Shown in pieces: positions 60,986 to 64,000 of a stretch of DNA of 64,000 nt (its first letter is position 1; each line of letters starts with the position of its first letter). The stretch is taken from the NCBI GenBank assembly GCA_038206355.1, contig JBBRAY010000008.1:17975-81974 (forward strand), given 5' to 3'. Made by a program: the position numbers and the translations under genes. This DNA is from Bacteroidia bacterium (GTDB lineage Bacteria; Bacteroidota; Bacteroidia; AKYH767-A; 2013-40CM-41-45). The notes under the pieces are model-generated. The model ran no database searches, was not told the origin of the DNA, and worked only from the letters and a program-made list of their open reading frames with translations.

Positions 60986-63784
60986 TCAATGCTGCACCAC
61001 TAGTCTATTCACCATAGTTTTTTCCTGCGATTCTATTTTGATGAAGTAAATGCCGGAAGGCCAATTTGAAGTGGGCAATGTACAATGTGCAATTAAATCC
61101 TTCTTCAAAATCAGTTCTCCGAACGAATTAAAAACTTTGAGTACCGTTTTTGTATTCGTTGCCAATCCGCCAAAGGACGGATTCGACTGGGCGAACTGCC
61201 CATTGCAAATTGCCCACTGATCCGCCGGATTCGGATAAACGCTGATTCCATCTGATACAATATCAACCACTGGCATCCCGGTAAACAATGTATCCGTAAT
61301 GTTCGTGCTGAAAACTCCAGCACCATGCGTTCCTGCTACTACATATCCATCGCTTGCACGCGCATCAATCATATCCACAACCATATAACCGATTTCATTC
61401 GGAGAGAGATTTGTCCAGATGGTATTTAACCCGTTCAGCAAATTGGTTCCGTAAATTCCGATACTGGTTCCGGCCACATAAACATTTCCATTTGCTGTCG
61501 GAACAATGCTTACCCACCTGATGCTCGGTGCATTTCCACTGCCGGCCTGGTTGGCTTCAAGGTTGCCGGCACTTTTCACAAACGTAACACCTCCGTCATC
61601 TGAATAAAAAATACTGTAAACACTGTAATTCGAAAACACAACGATCACTTTGTTGTCGTCATTCGGATCAACAGCAATGCAGGATACATACCCATTTGCA
61701 TTAAAGAGGTTTGAGGTAATATCTGTCATGGTCGGGAATGCGCTATTCGCATTGTCCACCTTATATACTTTTCTTTTACTCGTTCCAACATACAATCGCG
61801 AAGAATTGGATGGAGCTATAGCAAGAGCCGTTACTGAGGTTGCAGTTTGCGGAATGGTATCAGGCAGTTGAAACCATCCCGTAGAAATCGTATCCCATGC
61901 TCCGGTTAGCGCAATTTGTGAAAGCGAGTCATTTCGGAAAATCCTTGTTCCGGCTGCCATGTACATCACTTCATTGTTGTTCGGATCAAGGATAAATGGA
62001 TTAATAAAAAGATATCCGGAACCTCCGATAGGATCCATTCTACGGAAATTTATAACGTTGCCGTTACCGTCCAACTGAACTTTAGCAGTCTTTCCTTCCT
62101 GCCGGCTCATATAATAATAGTTGTGGCCATTGTCAATCGCACAAAATGATCCATCACCAAAACCCGGCTGCGTCCATGGAGTAGTAACCGATAAATTATT
62201 TGTAAACCAGGTACCGTTGTCCTGCACGCCGCCAATCACAATGTTATCATTTGTAGTTCCATGATCTATTGCAATGGCATAAAACTGACCGGTGAGATAT
62301 CCGTTATTCAGCGACTGCCACACCACCACAGAATCGCGGTCATTAAGTGTTTTGTAAACTCCACCATCATTCGACTGGTACATCACATCTGGATCTGACG
62401 GAAGAAAACAAATGTTGTGCTGATCAGGGTGATGATTAAGATACGTTTCATAAAAAGGAATAGTGGATGCGGGATCATAACCACCCATCTCAGTAGTATG
62501 CAGTGAATCCGTAAATCCTGTCGTTGACCTGAATAAATTTGTCCCGCCGATATAGACGATGTTCGGGTCATTCGGATGAACGCGAACCACTAAATCATAT
62601 CCTCCTTGTGAATTGAAGTTCCCCAGCTCCAGACCGGGATAAGGAATGTTAACTGATAAGTCCTGCCATTGACCGCCTGCACCGGTACCATTCCCGGAGA
62701 TATAAGTGTATTTCCAAAGGCTATTCCATTCTTCATCACCCCTGAAGTTGGTTGTGCGTTTTCCATAGCCCGGTGTTTCGGCAAGAAAGTAAACTTCGTT
62801 TTCATCGGAAGGATTGATGCCGATCACGACACGGTTGAATGTTGCAGTATCCCATCCCGGTGGAGAAATATTGGCCCATATATTCGATGTATCCTTTCTC
62901 CATATTCCCTTTTCACCACCATCACTGCTTTCGGTCACATATACCACGCCTGTACTTGTAAGATCCACATCCATGAAATAGGAATAGCTCGCCGTATTCC
63001 CTCTTTGCGCAGTCCAGTTTGTTCCGCCATTGACACTCTTGTAAACGATACCATAGCATGCAGCCCACACCGTATTACTGGCCGTATCAGAAACATCGCA
63101 CTTAAGCTTCCAGATCACATCCCAAACAAGGTCAAATGTTTGCGGTGTACCTGAACTTGTGGAAGTAAGTAAGTTCCATGTTAAACCTCCGTCAATTGAT
63201 TTATATACTCCGTTGCCGAGGTAAAAAGCGCCTGCAGCACTGGCCGAAGTTCCATATCCTTCTCCTGTTGAATAATACCACGTATCTGTATGCCCCGGTC
63301 TTTTATCCTGTTCAATCCATGTGATGGCCGGGTTCTGATTCAGGGGTGATACCCTTGTCCATGAAGAGCCACCATCTGCAGAACGATACAAACCGCCATT
63401 AACGCTTCCTGCAAACACAATATTCTCATTCGAAATGTCAATTGCAATTGCGCGTGTGCGTCCACCCAGGTTCCAGGGTCCGCGCGGAATAAAATTTCCC
63501 GTCAGCCGGGCACCGGAAGGAGCAAATGTTGAAAGTACAGGAAGATTTTTTGCAAAAGCCAACTCTCCTGCGCGGATGTGCGGAGGAATTTTTCCTGTTG
63601 AGGGATCTGCAAGCCGCATCAATTCCCATTCGTAGCGCGACGCCGCATCGTCTCCTCCATCAGACAACAATGCATCGGCAAAAACTTTTTTAGGTTTAAA
63701 TTTGTGGTTCTCCTTTTTGTCAAAAAGAAAACCAAGGCAGATAAAAGAAATAAAAAATGCAGCAGTGAGTAATTTTGATTTCAT
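60986..63784 (-). CDS. BNR/sortilin-type beta-propeller protein (GH74-like) with a T9SS type-A CTD
   Basis: Signal peptide; BNR S-x-D-x-G-x-T-W repeats (SADGGSSWTRV, SIDGGLTWNLL, SVNGGTNWTAQ, SDDGGVTFVKS); C-terminal VYPNPADQWAI...GIYFIKIESQEKTMVNRLVVQH. Confidence 0.7.
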   Translation of the reverse strand: MKSKLLTAAFFISFICLGFLFDKKENHKFKPKKVFADALLSDGGDDAASRYEWELMRLADPSTGKIPPHIRAGELAFAKNLPVLSTFAPSGARLTGNFIPRGPWNLGGRTRAIAIDISNENIVFAGSVNGGLYRSADGGSSWTRVSPLNQNPAITWIEQDKRPGHTDTWYYSTGEGYGTSASAAGAFYLGNGVYKSIDGGLTWNLLTSTSSGTPQTFDLVWDVIWKLKCDVSDTASNTVWAACYGIVYKSVNGGTNWTAQRGNTASYSYFMDVDLTSTGVVYVTESSDGGEKGIWRKDTSNIWANISPPGWDTATFNRVVIGINPSDENEVYFLAETPGYGKRTTNFRGDEEWNSLWKYTYISGNGTGAGGQWQDLSVNIPYPGLELGNFNSQGGYDLVVRVHPNDPNIVYIGGTNLFRSTTGFTDSLHTTEMGGYDPASTIPFYETYLNHHPDQHNICFLPSDPDVMYQSNDGGVYKTLNDRDSVVVWQSLNNGYLTGQFYAIAIDHGTTNDNIVIGGVQDNGTWFTNNLSVTTPWTQPGFGDGSFCAIDNGHNYYYMSRQEGKTAKVQLDGNGNVINFRRMDPIGGSGYLFINPFILDPNNNEVMYMAAGTRIFRNDSLSQIALTGAWDTISTGWFQLPDTIPQTATSVTALAIAPSNSSRLYVGTSKRKVYKVDNANSAFPTMTDITSNLFNANGYVSCIAVDPNDDNKVIVVFSNYSVYSIFYSDDGGVTFVKSAGNLEANQAGSGNAPSIRWVSIVPTANGNVYVAGTSIGIYGTNLLNGLNTIWTNLSPNEIGYMVVDMIDARASDGYVVAGTHGAGVFSTNITDTLFTGMPVVDIVSDGISVYPNPADQWAICNGQFAQSNPSFGGLATNTKTVLKVFNSFGELILKKDLIAHCTLPTSNWPSGIYFIKIESQEKTMVNRLVVQH

Positions 63785-63861
63785 GGTTTGAGGTTAATGG
63801 GAACGAAAGATATATAAAATGACGTAATGGAAAAATCAGGAAGCCGGGCACACGATTAATT

Positions 63862-64000
63862 TTAATCGGAAATGATCTGCTTCACAATGAATTCGGGAAT
63901 TTCAGAATTCAATTTCAATCTCTCTTCTATGATCATTTCCAAAATTGAATCTCCCGGAGTGATTATAATCCTATTGCCGGTCATTCTTGTCCGGATTGTG
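63862..64000 (-). CDS. 3' end of an unidentified minus-strand gene running off the window
   Basis: An open frame reads ...MTGNRIIITPGDSILEMIIEERLKLNSEIPEFIVKQIISD* with its stop at 63864..63862. Confidence 0.25.
   Translation of the reverse strand, partial: TIRTRMTGNRIIITPGDSILEMIIEERLKLNSEIPEFIVKQIISD

Overview
AT-rich chromosomal segment from a Bacteroidota bacterium, probably a gliding, T9SS-bearing Sphingobacteriia-, Chitinophagia- or Flavobacteriia-like organism. No rRNA, tRNA or CRISPR array was found.

Evidence for the lineage:
- Seven genes end in a Type-IX secretion C-terminal sorting domain (type A or type B).
- One gene is a TPR lipoprotein resembling SprE/PorW.
- The TAnnTTTG -7 promoter motif typical of Bacteroidota occurs.
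- Four genes appear to use TTG or GTG start codons.

Most of the window is housekeeping:
- gdhA, sufS, an enoyl-CoA hydratase plus B12-binding mutase subunit, hflX, lysA, serC-serA, yceD-rpmF-plsX-fabH, dxr and rseP.
- ridA, an aldehyde dehydrogenase and a hybrid sensor kinase.

Accessory and unusual content is interleaved with it:
- A REP-flanked IS200-like (RAYT) transposase. Its REP hairpins recur at other intergenic sites and show compensatory changes.
- Three small toxin-antitoxin-like pairs: DUF433/DUF5615, and two RelE/ParE-like pairs flanking a GH3-family gene. One ParE has an in-frame TAG.
- A DUF6883-like/DUF4926 gene pair.
- Five-and-a-half tandem copies of a 25-26 bp palindromic repeat directly after the sensor-kinase stop codon.
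- An MBL-fold gene split by a single in-frame TGA.
- An orphan 189-aa protein with a caspase-like His...Cys arrangement.
- A 1164-aa protein with an outer-membrane beta-signal, co-oriented with a 500-aa polytopic membrane protein.
- A T9SS type-B C-terminal domain that carries almost no passenger.

Functional calls rest on motif recognition in the translated ORFs. No database search was possible.
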